From positions 6,076,001 through 6,140,000 of the forward strand of contig OY986946.1 in assembly GCA_963920595.1 (NCBI GenBank): a DNA stretch of 64,000 nt, read 5' to 3'. Below the pieces are notes generated by a model that did no database searches, was not told where the DNA came from, and saw only the letters and a program-made list of their open reading frames with translations. Positions 63,484 through 64,000 of the stretch are shown here, piece after piece. The position numbers and the translations under genes were made by a program. Origin of the DNA: Eimeria praecox. Its lineage: Eukaryota. The stretch's first letter is position 1; each line of letters starts with the position of its first letter.

Positions 63484-64000
63484 TTTCGAGCTCTGAGGAC
63501 CGGAATACCTGTCTTTACCTGTCTGATCCCAAACCACTGAGGGGAAGAGAACAAATTAATCTGTTGACCATCGTCACAGCCACACAAACGGGTAGCGTTG
63601 ATCAACGGTCTTGTTGCCGTGAGGGAGGCGGTACGCAGGCAACGAGACGGCGACTTCCCTACAACGCCAGTGTACGCTGCGAAGATAGGAGGAACCCACA
63701 CATCCCGCAAAGTCATGTAGCCTTCCGCTTTGTCTATGGTGTGTATGCATTAAATGCCCTGGTGCCATCACAAGATACAAACCTCACCGACTGCAATGCT
63801 GGAAGTATGCAGCGTGGCTTGCTACGGGGGCAGCCTTCTGCGGTGTGGCCGCTGCACATTTGGTAAGGCATGTATATCTCAGTTGCATGCTACTACACCG
63901 CGAAGAGTATAAAGGAGTTTCGCTATAGTTCCTTGGTGTGGAATGTGAACATGCTCCAACACGATCAAGGAAAGGGATGTGCGACAACAACTCTGCAGTT

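Larger units (their letters stand above)
31318..63850 (-). repeat. Type-B tandem array: ten head-to-tail units of 3330-3462 bp
   Basis: Stop codons at 31868, 35198, 38660, 42119, 45575, 49035, 52365, 55696, 59155 and 62485; ~2.33-kb spacers near-identical; similarity to the unit decays after ~63780. Confidence 0.97.

Noticed and set aside
31814..63540. Long + strand Val/Gly/Arg-rich ORFs antisense to each His/Pro gene
   Set aside because: Mirror of CAC/CCT/ACC codons that lack antisense stops; non-ATG starts; broken by a synonymous change in copy 5 (stop at 46648) while sense ORFs stay intact.

Overview
Eukaryotic, intron-containing DNA with CAG/poly-Q tracts and TGCATGCA motifs, most consistent with a coccidian apicomplexan of the Eimeria/Cyclospora type (inferred from sequence style and gene content). 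The first ~22 kb holds single-copy genes: a multi-exon hypothetical gene, tRNA-Lys(TTT), a poly-Q-extended TAF13-like gene, a PCGF/BMI1-like RING-RAWUL gene, dynamitin (DCTN2), an ARP4-like actin-related gene and a GPALPP1/DUF3752-like gene. From 22.7 kb to the end is a head-to-tail minus-strand array of intronless genes for secreted His/Pro-rich proteins resembling Eimeria gametocyte/oocyst-wall GAM22. It has one truncated and two intact type-A genes, then ten type-B genes (~3.33-3.46 kb units) carrying 4 or 5 copies of a ~44-aa His/Pro/Thr/Cys repeat. The array also shows conserved UTR elements, a long promoter-proximal hairpin, apparent fossil paralogs in the spacers and signs of concerted evolution. 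All homology calls are by eye from remembered motifs, not from database searches.
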